Part shown: positions 17,664-28,530 of the stretch, in pieces
Layout of the letters: every line of letters begins with the position of its first letter
Position numbering within the stretch: position 1 is the stretch's first letter
From: an uncultured Thiomicrospira sp.
Lineage (GTDB): Bacteria > Pseudomonadota > Gammaproteobacteria > CAKMZV01
Assembly (NCBI GenBank): GCA_965195345.1
Contig: OZ239628.1
Coordinates: forward strand, 1,376,001-1,440,000
DNA length: 64,000 nucleotides
Reading direction: 5' to 3'
Translations under genes and position numbers: made by a program
The notes under the pieces: model-generated
Told to the model about the DNA's origin: nothing
The model's database searches: none
The model's input: only the letters and a program-made list of their open reading frames with translations

Positions 17664-18802
17664 TTTTTAGCCTTCATCACTTGATTTAACTGGCTTCGAA
17701 CTTCGTTTAAACTCACACTTACCCTCGTATCAGAAAGAAATTGAAGGCGAGACAATAGTGGATTAAAACGCTCATACAAATCATTTTGGTTCGTTTGTAG
17801 CCACAACCTCAAACCTTCTGACTGTTCATTAACCAGAGTCCAATCGCGTAACAATAAGCGTAATTTTATACTTTCTAATTGAAGTATTATCCACTTCATG
17901 CGCGTTTCTAAATCAAATCCCAAGTCAAATTGCTTTTTATTTTCTTGCTGCACTCTGATTAACTGTGACAGTCGCTGTTTAAAATAAGCACTTATGCTAT
18001 CAGTAGAAGCTACTGTTTGTTCTATAACTTTAGGCTGATAGTGTTTTGTTACTGCTATATATGCATCAAGATCAGCAACTAAATTCATTACGTTAAATCG
18101 AGGTAAATCAATAAATTTTTGCTTAAAGTCATTCAGCGCACTTATTACAATCGCCAAATCAGGATCTTGAAGGCTTCGTAATAAATCAAAAACCACATTC
18201 AACTGCCTCTCTATGTGTGCAGCATCATAGTCAAATATCAATTGCTGTTCGATCAAATATAAATGATTATCGATTAAAGGCAATAATTGAGATGGCTTCA
18301 GTTCTCTTTCCTCAATAAGCCTCAAGCTGTTCTGCAATGATATGATAAGATTTTTTTGTTGTTTAATCTGATCATCCTGTGATCGAATTTTTGCTTGTAT
18401 TTCAGGAAAGAGTTGCTCCACTTTCTGCATTCTTTTTTCAAGTGGATTCACTTGCTTTTTAGTAATAGTGGGGCTCTCATCCTTCCTATCAGAAACAGTC
18501 CATTTATTCCACTGGGCATCTAAAAAAGATTTTTGATAATACCATAGCGTCCCAAAAGCAAGAACGAGGACTAAAAATGCCCAAAAAAACTTTGACTTGA
18601 GTAACAATAGCCAAATACTATTTTTAGTGGCACCTTTATTATTCAAATTAGAAGTTTTTCCAAATTTGAATTTCCCCGTATTGCTCGATTTTTTTGACAT
18701 GGTGTCAGACATAATTTTAGACTTCTCTAATGACTCTGTAACCTTCGCATTTGAAGGGTTGTTTTCAACGGTACTGTTTCCTTTATTATCGTCTTTTTTC
18801 AT
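17660..18802 (-). CDS. hemX: HemX-like membrane-anchored coiled-coil protein
   Basis: Single TM plus coiled coil, LSQLIRV motif; lies between hemD and hemY. Confidence 0.65.
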   Translation of the reverse strand: MKKDDNKGNSTVENNPSNAKVTESLEKSKIMSDTMSKKSSNTGKFKFGKTSNLNNKGATKNSIWLLLLKSKFFWAFLVLVLAFGTLWYYQKSFLDAQWNKWTVSDRKDESPTITKKQVNPLEKRMQKVEQLFPEIQAKIRSQDDQIKQQKNLIISLQNSLRLIEERELKPSQLLPLIDNHLYLIEQQLIFDYDAAHIERQLNVVFDLLRSLQDPDLAIVISALNDFKQKFIDLPRFNVMNLVADLDAYIAVTKHYQPKVIEQTVASTDSISAYFKQRLSQLIRVQQENKKQFDLGFDLETRMKWIILQLESIKLRLLLRDWTLVNEQSEGLRLWLQTNQNDLYERFNPLLSRLQFLSDTRVSVSLNEVRSQLNQVMKAKK

Positions 18803-19511
18803 ATGCTAAAGCATCTATAGCTGTATTTAGTAAGCCTATGCTGCTTGCTTGTTTTGATACTAATATATTTCCCCAAAAAAAAGTTTTTGCCATTTCTGCA
18901 ACTCTTGAGCTGATACAAATCAGTATCGCGTTCTTTTTTAGGGTGGACAGTTGTTCTAATGCAAAACCCCTTTCCATTGCTTCGAGCAATTGTACACTGG
19001 TAGCTATAACCGTTTGCTTTTGAATATCCTTTTTAAGGAATGCTTCTATCTTATCAAAATCAGCTGATAAAAATTTACGAGAGTACACCACATCATCGTC
19101 AACAGTAGCACCACGCATTTGAAGCGTTTGCTTCAAAAACTGTCTACCTCCTTCTCCTTTCACAATACGAATACGTTTTTTTTTCACTTGATTGAAGCAT
19201 TCTAAAGTCAATAAGCTTTCAGAAGTAAAAGGTGGTTTAGGCAGCGCCATAATGTTGGCACCCTTATCTACTAACGCTTCAGTTGTGCTTTCTCCAATGC
19301 CTAAGGCTGGCCATTTTTTATTGAAATAAAATCCATACTTCACTGCATTGCTGCTAACATAGATAGCCATATCAACAGGCTCACGTTTCTTATAATCATC
19401 CATGGTTACTATCTGTATCAAAGGCATGTTGAAAACTTCAAAGTCCTTATCTTCAAGTAACTGTTTCAGATGTATTGATTGTTCAACAGGCCTTGTTAGC
19501 AATATTCTCAC
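18786..19511 (-). CDS. hemD: Uroporphyrinogen-III synthase
   Basis: MRILLTRP, VSSNAV, IGESTTEAL, SESLL, KGEGGR. Confidence 0.92.
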   Translation of the reverse strand: MRILLTRPVEQSIHLKQLLEDKDFEVFNMPLIQIVTMDDYKKREPVDMAIYVSSNAVKYGFYFNKKWPALGIGESTTEALVDKGANIMALPKPPFTSESLLTLECFNQVKKKRIRIVKGEGGRQFLKQTLQMRGATVDDDVVYSRKFLSADFDKIEAFLKKDIQKQTVIATSVQLLEAMERGFALEQLSTLKKNAILICISSRVAEMAKTFFWGNILVSKQASSIGLLNTAIDALAYEKRR

Positions 19512-20419
19512 AAATATTTTCCTGCCCCTTTATTGATTAGCTCATCAGCAATATCTATTCCAAGCTGTCTTGCGTGTGCTACATCACCTATTTTATCTGC
19601 ATAAATGACTTCTTTTCCATCATCACTTCCCACCAACGCACGCAAATGAATGGTTTTTTTTCGTGACAGTTGAGCGAACACTCCGACCGCTGTATCGCAC
19701 CCTCCTCCAAGCCGTTCATTGCACGCTCTTTCTGCAGAAACCTCAAGCATCGTATGCTCATCGATTAAATGAGAAACCAAGTCTCGAGTTAGTTCATCCC
19801 CTTTTCTAATCTCAATTCCTAAAACCCCTTGGGCAACTGCTGGTAAGCAAATGTCTGACTCGATGATACTTCTAATTCTAGAATGCAGTCCAAGGCGCTC
19901 TAAACCTGCCGCGGCTAAAACTATGGCGGAATACTCTTTGCTGTCGAGCTTCTTGAGTCTTGTTCCTAAATTACCACGCAACGGTTTTATTACTAAATGT
20001 GGATAAAAACGAAGTAACTGACACTGCCTTCTGAGGCTTGATGTTCCAACTATTGAACCCTTAGGCAATTCTTCAAGTGCATTGAATTCATTCGAAACAA
20101 ATGCATCGTATGGGTTACCTCTTTGTAAAACAGCAGCTATTTCAAAGCCTTCAGGAACTATTGCAGGAACATCTTTCATCGAATGCACAGCTAAATCAGC
20201 CTCTTCATTCCGCAAAGAAATCTCTAACTCTTTGATAAATAATCCCTTTCCACCAATTTTAGACAAACTTTTATCTAAAATTTCATCCCCTTTAGTTGAG
20301 AGAGGAATTAACTCAACCTGTAATCCTTTATGTAGTGATTGCAGTTTTTCCGCCACAAAGTTCGCTTGCCACAAGGCAAGAGGGCTTTTTCGTGTGGCAA
20401 TTTTAAGTACTTTGGGCAC
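19508..20419 (-). CDS. hemC: Hydroxymethylbilane synthase
   Basis: IATRKSPLALWQA, GGKGLFIKELE, AVHSMKD, GTSSLRR, LGGGC. Confidence 0.98.
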   Translation of the reverse strand: MPKVLKIATRKSPLALWQANFVAEKLQSLHKGLQVELIPLSTKGDEILDKSLSKIGGKGLFIKELEISLRNEEADLAVHSMKDVPAIVPEGFEIAAVLQRGNPYDAFVSNEFNALEELPKGSIVGTSSLRRQCQLLRFYPHLVIKPLRGNLGTRLKKLDSKEYSAIVLAAAGLERLGLHSRIRSIIESDICLPAVAQGVLGIEIRKGDELTRDLVSHLIDEHTMLEVSAERACNERLGGGCDTAVGVFAQLSRKKTIHLRALVGSDDGKEVIYADKIGDVAHARQLGIDIADELINKGAGKYL

Positions 20420-20681
20420 TGTTAAATATAGTGATGGGTTAGATAGAATATAATTGGATCAGTGGACTTTCAGTAATCTTTATTTTAGTAGTCTTCATCG
20501 GATGGTTCTTAACGGACCAAAGCAACTGAAAGGAGCAATAAATTTTATAATATTACTTCGGTTCTGAAAAGACAAAATTTTTCTTGATTTGCAAAGCATG
20601 TATTATTTCAATTTTTATCGGGAATAGAAAATTAAAATGTAAGAGCTGTATTCACCTTTCACAAAGGAACCATTTTAAAGT

Positions 20682-21161
20682 ATGAGTAAAAAAATAAAAA
20701 TGTATGTACTGACGATATTCTTCGGACTATCGTGTGGGCATATTTTTGCCGACAAGCCACAACCTACTCAAGCCAGTAATTTTACCATACATTCTATAGA
20801 ATCAAAGAGCGCAGGAAAACCCTTGGTTTTATATTTTTCTGCTAAATGGTGCGAGTTTTGTAAAATCCTAAATGAAGAAGTCATTAACCCTGTGATACTT
20901 GGTGGTGGGCTTGAAAATGGAATTCTCCTAACACTGCAAATTGATGATGCAAAAGAAATAATTGATTTTAACGGCGAACACGTGACACCCGATGCTTTCG
21001 CTTTAAATTATGATGTAGACATCACTCCTACAATTATTTATGTTGGACCCAATGGTAAAGAAATCGCACCACGTATAATTGGCATAACCAATATAGATTT
21101 TTACTTCCATTACTTAACAAAAAACGCCGATATAGGCAAAGAAAATATGCGAAATAACTAA
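20682..21161 (+). CDS. Exported thioredoxin-fold protein (SoxW-like)
   Basis: Signal peptide, WCEFC, ITPTII. Confidence 0.75.
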   Translation: MSKKIKMYVLTIFFGLSCGHIFADKPQPTQASNFTIHSIESKSAGKPLVLYFSAKWCEFCKILNEEVINPVILGGGLENGILLTLQIDDAKEIIDFNGEHVTPDAFALNYDVDITPTIIYVGPNGKEIAPRIIGITNIDFYFHYLTKNADIGKENMRNN

Positions 21162-22564
21162 TGACAAAAAAAACCGAAAATCAAAAAAATCGAAACCACC
21201 TTATTAATGGCGCATTCGACAATGAGTTAAGCCCTGATGTCAGTGCTTTCAATGCTTCTATAGCATTTGACAAACGCCTTTACAAAGTAGACATTCAAGG
21301 ATCAATAGCTCATGTCACTATGTTAGCTGCACAAGGCATAATTAATGATGCCGACAACGAAGCAATCTGTAAGGGTTTAAAGAAAATCGAACACGACATA
21401 GAAAGTGGTAACTTTGAATGGCAAGAGTCTTTAGAAGACGTGCATATGAACATAGAGGCGGCATTAATTAAGGAACTTGGAGAAACTGGGAAAAAACTTC
21501 ATACTGGGCGTTCACGTAATGACCAAGTTGCTACAGACATTCGACTTTGGCTAAGAGCTAATAATAAAAACTTGATAAATGAATTAAACAACGCTCGTAA
21601 AGTCATTGCGCACAAAGCAATTGGTCACGCTGACACTATTATGCCCGGACTGACACATTTACAAAATGCACAGCCCATTACATTTGGTCATCATTTATTA
21701 GCTTGGCAAGAGATGTTTTCTCGGGACGTTGGGCGCTTTAGTGACTTATCAAAACGAATTAATCACTTACCTTTGGGCAGTGCCGCATTGGCTGGAACCA
21801 GCTTTCCCATCAAAAGAGAGATGACAGCAAAATTACTTGATTTTGATCATCTTTGCACCAATTCTTTAGACGCTGTATCCGACCGTGATTTTGCGATTGA
21901 ATTTTGTCAAAATGCCTCTTTATTGATGGTACATTTATCACGGATGTGTGAAGAAATAATCCTTTGGAACACCCCGCAATTTAATTTCATTGCCCTTTCC
22001 GATGAATACACTACTGGCTCATCAATTATGCCTCAGAAAAAGAATCCAGATGTAGCTGAGCTTATTCGTGGAAAATCTGCGCGTATTATAGGTCATTCAA
22101 CCGCTTTACTAACACTGATGAAAAGCCAACCCTTAGCCTACAACAAAGACAATCAAGAAGATAAGGAACCGCTTTTTGACACAGTTGATACAGTGCTAGT
22201 TTGTGTAAAATTGTTTACTAATATGATTGACAATATGGAAGCGAATAAAGAAGCAATGTATCAGGCGTCTAAGAACGGATTTGCTAATGCTACCGACTTA
22301 GCAGATTATTTGGTGAAAAAGAGTATGCCCTTTAGGGAAGCACATGCAATAACGGGCGCACTCGTACAAACTGCACAAAAAAACAACTGCACCCTTGAAT
22401 CATTGTCCTTATCAGTCATGCAGAAGCATTCCGAGAAAATTAAAGCGGATATTTATGATCACCTTGAATTAGAAGCATGCGTCAGCGCACGAAATCATAT
22501 TGGTGGCACCGCTCCAGAACAAGTTCGCAAAGCAGCCAAGAAAGTTCTAGACGATCTATCTTAA
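21161..22564 (+). CDS. argH: Argininosuccinate lyase
   Basis: EDVHMNIE, KLHTGRSRNDQ, GSSIMPQKKNPD. Confidence 0.98.
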   Translation: MTKKTENQKNRNHLINGAFDNELSPDVSAFNASIAFDKRLYKVDIQGSIAHVTMLAAQGIINDADNEAICKGLKKIEHDIESGNFEWQESLEDVHMNIEAALIKELGETGKKLHTGRSRNDQVATDIRLWLRANNKNLINELNNARKVIAHKAIGHADTIMPGLTHLQNAQPITFGHHLLAWQEMFSRDVGRFSDLSKRINHLPLGSAALAGTSFPIKREMTAKLLDFDHLCTNSLDAVSDRDFAIEFCQNASLLMVHLSRMCEEIILWNTPQFNFIALSDEYTTGSSIMPQKKNPDVAELIRGKSARIIGHSTALLTLMKSQPLAYNKDNQEDKEPLFDTVDTVLVCVKLFTNMIDNMEANKEAMYQASKNGFANATDLADYLVKKSMPFREAHAITGALVQTAQKNNCTLESLSLSVMQKHSEKIKADIYDHLELEACVSARNHIGGTAPEQVRKAAKKVLDDLS

Positions 22565-22638
22565 TCTTTGCCTGAATGCGTGTGATTTAATTACAAAAAT
22601 ACGCCACATAACAGATTGTAATACAACAATAGTATCTA

Positions 22639-23985
22639 CTAAGTAGCCTCGTTCAACCGTTTTTCAAGGTGGTGTATATTGACACCGCCTTTACGAAAAG
22701 CAGCATCTTTCATATTATCCTTTTGTAAATCAACGTTGGTTTTTATGCCATCAATAACACTTTCAGATAAAACCTGCTCCATACGCTTAATAGCTATTTC
22801 ACGAGTGGCACCATAAGTGATGTATTTTGCAATCATTGAATCATAGTAGGGAGGAACAGAATAACCTGAATAAATATGCGTGTCAATTCGAACACCTGGA
22901 CCGCCCGGTTGATGGAACATATTAATCTTACCTGGACTCGGCATAAAGGTTTTTGAGTCTTCGGCATTAATACGACATTCCACAGCGTGACCTGAAATAG
23001 AAACATCATCCTGCTGGATGCTTAACTTCTTACCACTGGCAACCATAATTTGTTCACGAACGATATCAACGCCCGTGATTAGCTCTGTAACTGGATGCTC
23101 TACTTGAACTCGAGTATTCATTTCTATGAAATAAAAACGATCGTTTTCATATAAAAACTCAAACGTCCCTGCTCCGCGATAATTGATATCAACACAAGCT
23201 TTCGCACAAATATCACCTATTTCTGAACGTATTTCAGAGGTTATTCCTGGTGCTGGTGCTTCTTCAACAACTTTCTGATGTCGACGCTGCATAGAACAAT
23301 CGCGCTCTCCTAAATGAATCGCATTTCCTTGCCCATCTGAAAGCACTTGAATCTCGATGTGGCGCGGATTAGTCAAAAACTTTTCCATATATACTTCATC
23401 GTTGCTAAAGGCGGCCTTAGCTTCAGCTTTAGTCAGCACAATTGACTCTTCCATGTCTTCAGCTTTTTCAACCACACGCATGCCGCGCCCACCCCCGCCT
23501 CCTGAAGCTTTAATTATTACAGGGTAACCTATACGCTCAGCAATCTCTAAATTGCGACTCATATCGTCAGTTAAAGCACCATCTGAACCAGGAACTGTTG
23601 GAACGCCAGCTCTTTTCATCGCTTCAATAGCAGAGACTTTATCGCCCATAATACTTACCATTTCAGCAGTAGGACCAATAAAAATAAAACCAGAACTCTC
23701 CACTTGATCAATAAAAGTGGCATTTTCAGATAAAAATCCATACCCTGGGTGAATAGCATCGGCACCGCTAATTTCAGCTGAGGCAATGATAGCGGGAATA
23801 TTCAAATAACTTTGAGCAGAGGAAGCGGGTCCAATACAAATCGCTTCATCAGCCAATTTAACATGTTTAAGATTTACATCCACATCCGAATGAATTGCCA
23901 CAGTAGATATTCCTAATTCACGACAGGCACGCAATACACGGAGAGCTATTTCACCACGGTTAGCAATTAGAATTTTTTTAATCAT
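22639..23985 (-). CDS. accC: Acetyl-CoA carboxylase biotin carboxylase
   Basis: [37 protein letters not shown]. Confidence 0.98.
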   Translation of the reverse strand: MIKKILIANRGEIALRVLRACRELGISTVAIHSDVDVNLKHVKLADEAICIGPASSAQSYLNIPAIIASAEISGADAIHPGYGFLSENATFIDQVESSGFIFIGPTAEMVSIMGDKVSAIEAMKRAGVPTVPGSDGALTDDMSRNLEIAERIGYPVIIKASGGGGGRGMRVVEKAEDMEESIVLTKAEAKAAFSNDEVYMEKFLTNPRHIEIQVLSDGQGNAIHLGERDCSMQRRHQKVVEEAPAPGITSEIRSEIGDICAKACVDINYRGAGTFEFLYENDRFYFIEMNTRVQVEHPVTELITGVDIVREQIMVASGKKLSIQQDDVSISGHAVECRINAEDSKTFMPSPGKINMFHQPGGPGVRIDTHIYSGYSVPPYYDSMIAKYITYGATREIAIKRMEQVLSESVIDGIKTNVDLQKDNMKDAAFRKGGVNIHHLEKRLNEAT

Positions 23986-24001
23986 AACAAATCTATATGC
24001 C

Positions 24002-24475
24002 TCATTTAATAATGAACAAAGGCTGATTGAACTCTATTGGTTCACCATCGTTTACCAGTATCTTCTCCACTGTACCAGCACGGTCAGAAACAACCTGATT
24101 CATGATCTTCATAGCTTCAATGATACAAAGAACATCGCCTGCTTTAACAACGGATCCGGTCTTCACAAAAACGGGTTTATCGGGGCTGGACGCTTCATAA
24201 TAAGTCCCAACCATAGGCGAACAAAAAGCATTGGCTGAGTTATCTTCTTTGACGACCTCGTTTTCAGCACTAGAATCAGTATGCGTTTGTGAAGCAACGG
24301 GTGGTGGTGCAGATGGTTGTGGAGCATAGTTCTGCACGACTGGTGCTGACTGGGCAGGCAACATTGTTGGCAGTCCAGATATACGAATCGATTCTTCATT
24401 ATCACTAATTTCTAGTTCAGAAATACCCGATTCTTCAACAAGCTCAATCAGTTTTTTAATTTTACGAATATCCAT
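24002..24475 (-). CDS. accB: Biotin carboxyl carrier protein
   Basis: [25 protein letters not shown]. Confidence 0.98.
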   Translation of the reverse strand: MDIRKIKKLIELVEESGISELEISDNEESIRISGLPTMLPAQSAPVVQNYAPQPSAPPPVASQTHTDSSAENEVVKEDNSANAFCSPMVGTYYEASSPDKPVFVKTGSVVKAGDVLCIIEAMKIMNQVVSDRAGTVEKILVNDGEPIEFNQPLFIIK

Positions 24476-24512
24476 TATAGGTCTCCTATCTTGTTCAAAT
24501 TTGATGTCTTTT

Positions 24513-24938
24513 TTAATTTATAAAATATTCTAATGCGCTGTAATAACCTTTAATACCCAGCCCACTAATCACCGCTACTGCCTTATCGGCAAATAAAGAA
24601 TGATGCCTAAATTCTTCACGCGCATAAACATTACTGATGTGCACTTCTATAAAAGGAATATTCGTCGAAAGTAATGCATCACGCAACGCAATAGACGTGT
24701 GAGAGTAGGCACCTGCATTTATAACAATGCCATCTACTTTACCTATTGCTCCTTGAATGCAGTCAACTAAATCCCCCTCATGATTACTTTGAAAACTTTC
24801 AAGCATTACAGAATGCTTTTGGCAATATTCAGTCAAACCCTTCACCACTTCATCGAGTGAATCTTTCCCATAAATGTCTGGCTCACGCTGCCCGAGCATG
24901 TTTAAATTGGGTCCGTTTATAAGTGCTAATTTTTTCAT
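24513..24938 (-). CDS. aroQ: Type II 3-dehydroquinate dehydratase
   Basis: NGPNLNMLGQREP, QSNHEG, HTSIALRDA, EVHISN. Confidence 0.98.
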   Translation of the reverse strand: MKKLALINGPNLNMLGQREPDIYGKDSLDEVVKGLTEYCQKHSVMLESFQSNHEGDLVDCIQGAIGKVDGIVINAGAYSHTSIALRDALLSTNIPFIEVHISNVYAREEFRHHSLFADKAVAVISGLGIKGYYSALEYFIN

Positions 24939-25489
24939 TTGACTAAAGTATGCGCGTATTTTATTAAAATACGCGACACTTTGCTTTGAAAATAACAGAA
25001 GTAGCTCATTCTAGATTCGAATACTCAATCAAATAAACGAACGAGCAACTTTATTCTCTTGCATCACGATTTTATTTAATTACTTCTTGTCAACCATTTA
25101 ACAAAGTTTTTTACTTATTAAGCTGGAAGCCTTATGGATAGAGGCCTTCAGGGCGTCTCAACCTACAAATATTAATTAATATTATGGCAGTTAGTGAATG
25201 AAATATGGTGATTGATGGGGTTTGGGTGTTGTCCTCTAACGTTTCAAGTAAAAAAACTACTTAAGTAAAAAACTACTTAAACACCCGTTTTCCAACAAAT
25301 GATTACAGGCAAAACATTAAACTATATGTATCGCGTGAAATTAAAAGTTGTCGCTTCGTTAAACAAAGATGGATTGTATAATTACTCTACAGCAAGGTAA
25401 TAATAGCAGGACAATCCCAATACGTACATTGAGATGAGCGCCTTCCTTGAAAAAATCATTGACAACAATCAATCAAATTAATTAATAAA

Positions 25490-26806
25490 ATGATGAAAAT
25501 CCTTATAGTAGGTGCAGGTGGCAGAGAAAGTGCTTTTGCTACAAAACTTATGCTTGACTCAACCGTTTATGCCGTAATAGATCATAAAAATCCCACAATT
25601 ATTGATTGCGTTAAAAAAAGTGGTGGTGAATGGACACTTGGAAAAAGCAGTGATCCCAAAACAGTTACGTCATTTGCCTTAGAGAACAAAATTGATTTGG
25701 CTTTCATTAGCTCAGATGAACCATTAGCAAATGGGGTAGTAGATTCATTGCTCAACAGCGGAATAGAAGCCATTGGAGGCACGCAAGAAGCAACAAAAAT
25801 CGAATGGGATAAAGTGTATTCCATCTCTATGGTGAAAGAGCTTTGCCCAGAATTTACACCGTTATTTCATGTTATTACAACAATTGATGAACTTAATGAA
25901 TCACTGGCTTTTTTCGAAAAAAACAATATTCAAATCGTTGTTAAACCACAAGGGCTAACTGGAGGCAAGGGGGTGAAAGTAATGCCTATCCACCTCAAAT
26001 CATACAAAGATGCCTTTCTATACGTAGAAGAACTACTCAACGGACGACCCGATGAAAAAGTACTTTTGGTGGAAAAACTAGAAGGTATTGAATTTACCAT
26101 AATGGGGTTTACTGATGGCAAAAACCTTGTGCTTTGTCCTGCGAGTTATGACTACCCATTCAGATATAAAGGAGACAAGGGAGCGGGCACAGGGGGCATG
26201 GGATGCTTCACCAATTCCGATAAAAAGTTGCCCTTCATGACGGATGAAGACTTAGAGGCTTGTCGAATAATTATGCAAAAGGTCATTGACAGGATGTCAA
26301 ATGACAACTTGCTTTTTAATGGCATTTTAAATGGTGGTTTCTTTAAAACCAAACAAGGCATTAAGTTCATGGAGTTCAATGGCCGCTTTGGAGATCCCGA
26401 AGCATTAAATATACTCAGCGTACTCGGGTGCTCTTTTTCTAAAATTTTAGAAGACATCTTGCATGGAAATCTGAAAACCGTTCCTTTCATTAAAAAAGCA
26501 AGTGTTGTCAAATACCTTGTGGCAAAAGAATATCCCAGCGCAAGTCCCACTGAAACACTCTATAACATCGATATTGAGAAAATAGAAGAAATGGGCATAA
26601 AATTGTTTTGCTCCAGTACCGAAAAACTGAATGCTGAAAAATATACGACATTAAAGAGATCAAGAGTTATTGCGCTTACTGCAGTCGATGATAGTATCAT
26701 CAGTGCATCCAACCTTATAAATAAAGCTATTGATAATCATGTACATGGAGATCTTGAATACCGTTCAGACATAGGGCAAGAATCAGACATTTTAAATGTA
26801 CATTAA
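25490..26806 (+). CDS. purD: Phosphoribosylamine-glycine ligase, atypical (archaeal-like) form
   Basis: GAGGRE, KPQGLTGGKGVKV, GTGGMG, EFNGRFGDPE, YRSDIG. Confidence 0.88.
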   Translation: MMKILIVGAGGRESAFATKLMLDSTVYAVIDHKNPTIIDCVKKSGGEWTLGKSSDPKTVTSFALENKIDLAFISSDEPLANGVVDSLLNSGIEAIGGTQEATKIEWDKVYSISMVKELCPEFTPLFHVITTIDELNESLAFFEKNNIQIVVKPQGLTGGKGVKVMPIHLKSYKDAFLYVEELLNGRPDEKVLLVEKLEGIEFTIMGFTDGKNLVLCPASYDYPFRYKGDKGAGTGGMGCFTNSDKKLPFMTDEDLEACRIIMQKVIDRMSNDNLLFNGILNGGFFKTKQGIKFMEFNGRFGDPEALNILSVLGCSFSKILEDILHGNLKTVPFIKKASVVKYLVAKEYPSASPTETLYNIDIEKIEEMGIKLFCSSTEKLNAEKYTTLKRSRVIALTAVDDSIISASNLINKAIDNHVHGDLEYRSDIGQESDILNVH

Positions 26807-27025
26807 GCGCATTCATATACCAATATCTAAAATTGCTAATGATCTCTGGGTAGTTTGCTGAAATGATTGTCTATTTCTTTTTAAATACCCTCTAAGATTC
26901 AAGGAAGGCGTTGTTAACGCATCGGATCCATCTTTTTTTAAGCTATAATTAAGCAACAATTGGATAGTCCTAGAGCAATCTATGATTATTAATTACTTTT
27001 AAATCATACAAATCAATTCAACTGA

Positions 27026-27574
27026 ATGCTACTTAATACTCCTATTTGTGATTTTGGATGGAAAGCCCCAAACTTTGAGCTCAAAGACTATAGGGGAATA
27101 TCTTATAGCTTTAATGATGTTATCGGTGAAAAGGGTTTATTGGTCGCTTTCATATGTAATCACTGTCCTTATGTTCATGCAATCATTAATCGTTTAGTCG
27201 CTGATTCAAAGGTTTTGGAGAACATTGGGATAGGCGTTGTTGCCATCATGCCCAATGACTTTCAAGCATACCAAGATGATAGCCCTGAGAAAATGGCGGA
27301 ATTTGCGCAGCAAAATAACATGGATTTTCCCTATTTAGTGGATGAGACTCAAAAAGTTGGAAGGGCATACGATGCAATATGCACGCCTGACTTTTTCGGA
27401 TTTAACGCTGAAGCCCAATTGCAATATCGTGGGCGACTAGATGATGCGATGATGAATGACCCATCTAACAGAAAAGCAGAGTTGTTAGATGCAATGACTG
27501 CAATTGCAAAAACAGGCAAAGGTCCAGAAATTCAACACCCTTCCATGGGATGCTCTATTAAATGGAAGAAATAG
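27026..27574 (+). CDS. Thioredoxin/peroxiredoxin-like (AhpC/TSA) protein
   Basis: FICNHCPYV, CTPDFFGF, YRGRLD, PSMGCSIKWK. Confidence 0.9.
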   Translation: MLLNTPICDFGWKAPNFELKDYRGISYSFNDVIGEKGLLVAFICNHCPYVHAIINRLVADSKVLENIGIGVVAIMPNDFQAYQDDSPEKMAEFAQQNNMDFPYLVDETQKVGRAYDAICTPDFFGFNAEAQLQYRGRLDDAMMNDPSNRKAELLDAMTAIAKTGKGPEIQHPSMGCSIKWKK

Positions 27575-27624
27575 GTTGATTACGTGAGACGAGTAATCCC
27601 TTTAACAATCTCGGTAGAATCTCA

Positions 27625-27658
27625 TAAGGTAATTCCAAACAGGATTGAAATTACCTTA
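27625..27658. terminator. Hairpin between convergent genes
   Basis: TAAGGTAATTCCAA-acagga-TTGAAATTACCTTA, one stem mismatch. Confidence 0.5.
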
Positions 27659-27747
27659 CTTTTCAGACAATTTAGATATTCGTCAATAGATAGATTGTCG
27701 CAATAAAAAATTCATCACCATAAACGAATAACTTTAATCGTTAATTT

Positions 27748-28317
27748 TTATTTATTACGCTTAAAAGTCAATGCAAAGCTGACTGGAACAATGCCTGAAA
27801 TAGGAATAGCGCCGACAGTTTTAGCCAAGTTGATTAAATTAGATGCTGGCAACTTGAAATCTTGACTATTTATAACGATAGGCTTCATGCTGCTTACCGT
27901 AATATGACGTCGTGATTTAGTCGCTAGCACCAAAACTTCATATTTTTTTGTAGTCCCATACCAACTAACATCTATGGGAATAGTCATAGTTTGCACACCC
28001 TTTTTCAACTTTGAAATTTTTGCACTAATATCTATATTCGGATGAGTCAATGATTTAAAAAACAATTTATTCAGACGATCATTACGGATAGAAATTCCAG
28101 TATCAATGCTCTTCAAACCAATTTTGATCTTAACCTCACCAGAAGCAGATAAAGATCCCGTCACATCGCTGAGGGTGGCAGGCTCCACTATATATTCTTT
28201 TTTGATCGTGGCAAGACTCACCATTGAATTGCTTGTGTCCACTTCGTAAGAACGTGAATGTGCTTGTGCCAAAGAAGCAACTAAGCCAAAACTTAAAATA
28301 ATTAGAAATTTATACAT
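27748..28317 (-). CDS. YceI-family periplasmic protein
   Basis: Signal peptide, SIDTGISIRNDRL..LFF, VPVSFALTF. Confidence 0.85.
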   Translation of the reverse strand: MYKFLIILSFGLVASLAQAHSRSYEVDTSNSMVSLATIKKEYIVEPATLSDVTGSLSASGEVKIKIGLKSIDTGISIRNDRLNKLFFKSLTHPNIDISAKISKLKKGVQTMTIPIDVSWYGTTKKYEVLVLATKSRRHITVSSMKPIVINSQDFKLPASNLINLAKTVGAIPISGIVPVSFALTFKRNK

Positions 28318-28485
28318 ATATATATACCGGTTAGAATGCGAACATTTAATTAAAAATGAAAAAATTTGTTACATTACCATTTTAATTATAACGTGAATCT
28401 AAAATACCGATGACGTTATCTGAATAGTTAAATGGGATGTTATCATCGCATTTCTATCGCCCCATTGCCTCAAGTATATTTGATA

Positions 28486-28508
28486 GAGGAGGCATTCACA
28501 GCCTCCTC
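28486..28508 (-). terminator. GC-rich hairpin downstream of the 115-aa ORF
   Basis: GAGGAGGC-attcaca-GCCTCCTC perfect 8-bp stem; weak U tract. Confidence 0.5.
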
Positions 28509-28530
28509 AAGCTGATGTTATCCGATGTTT

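Noticed and set aside
25246-25278. Tandem AAGTAAAAAA(A)CTACTT duplication as a functional repeat
   Set aside because: Only two copies in A-rich DNA; consistent with slippage or an assembly artefact.
25391-25451. Purine/ZTP riboswitch upstream of purD
   Set aside because: It can form a hairpin but lacks the consensus of any riboswitch I recognise. An Rfam scan would settle it.
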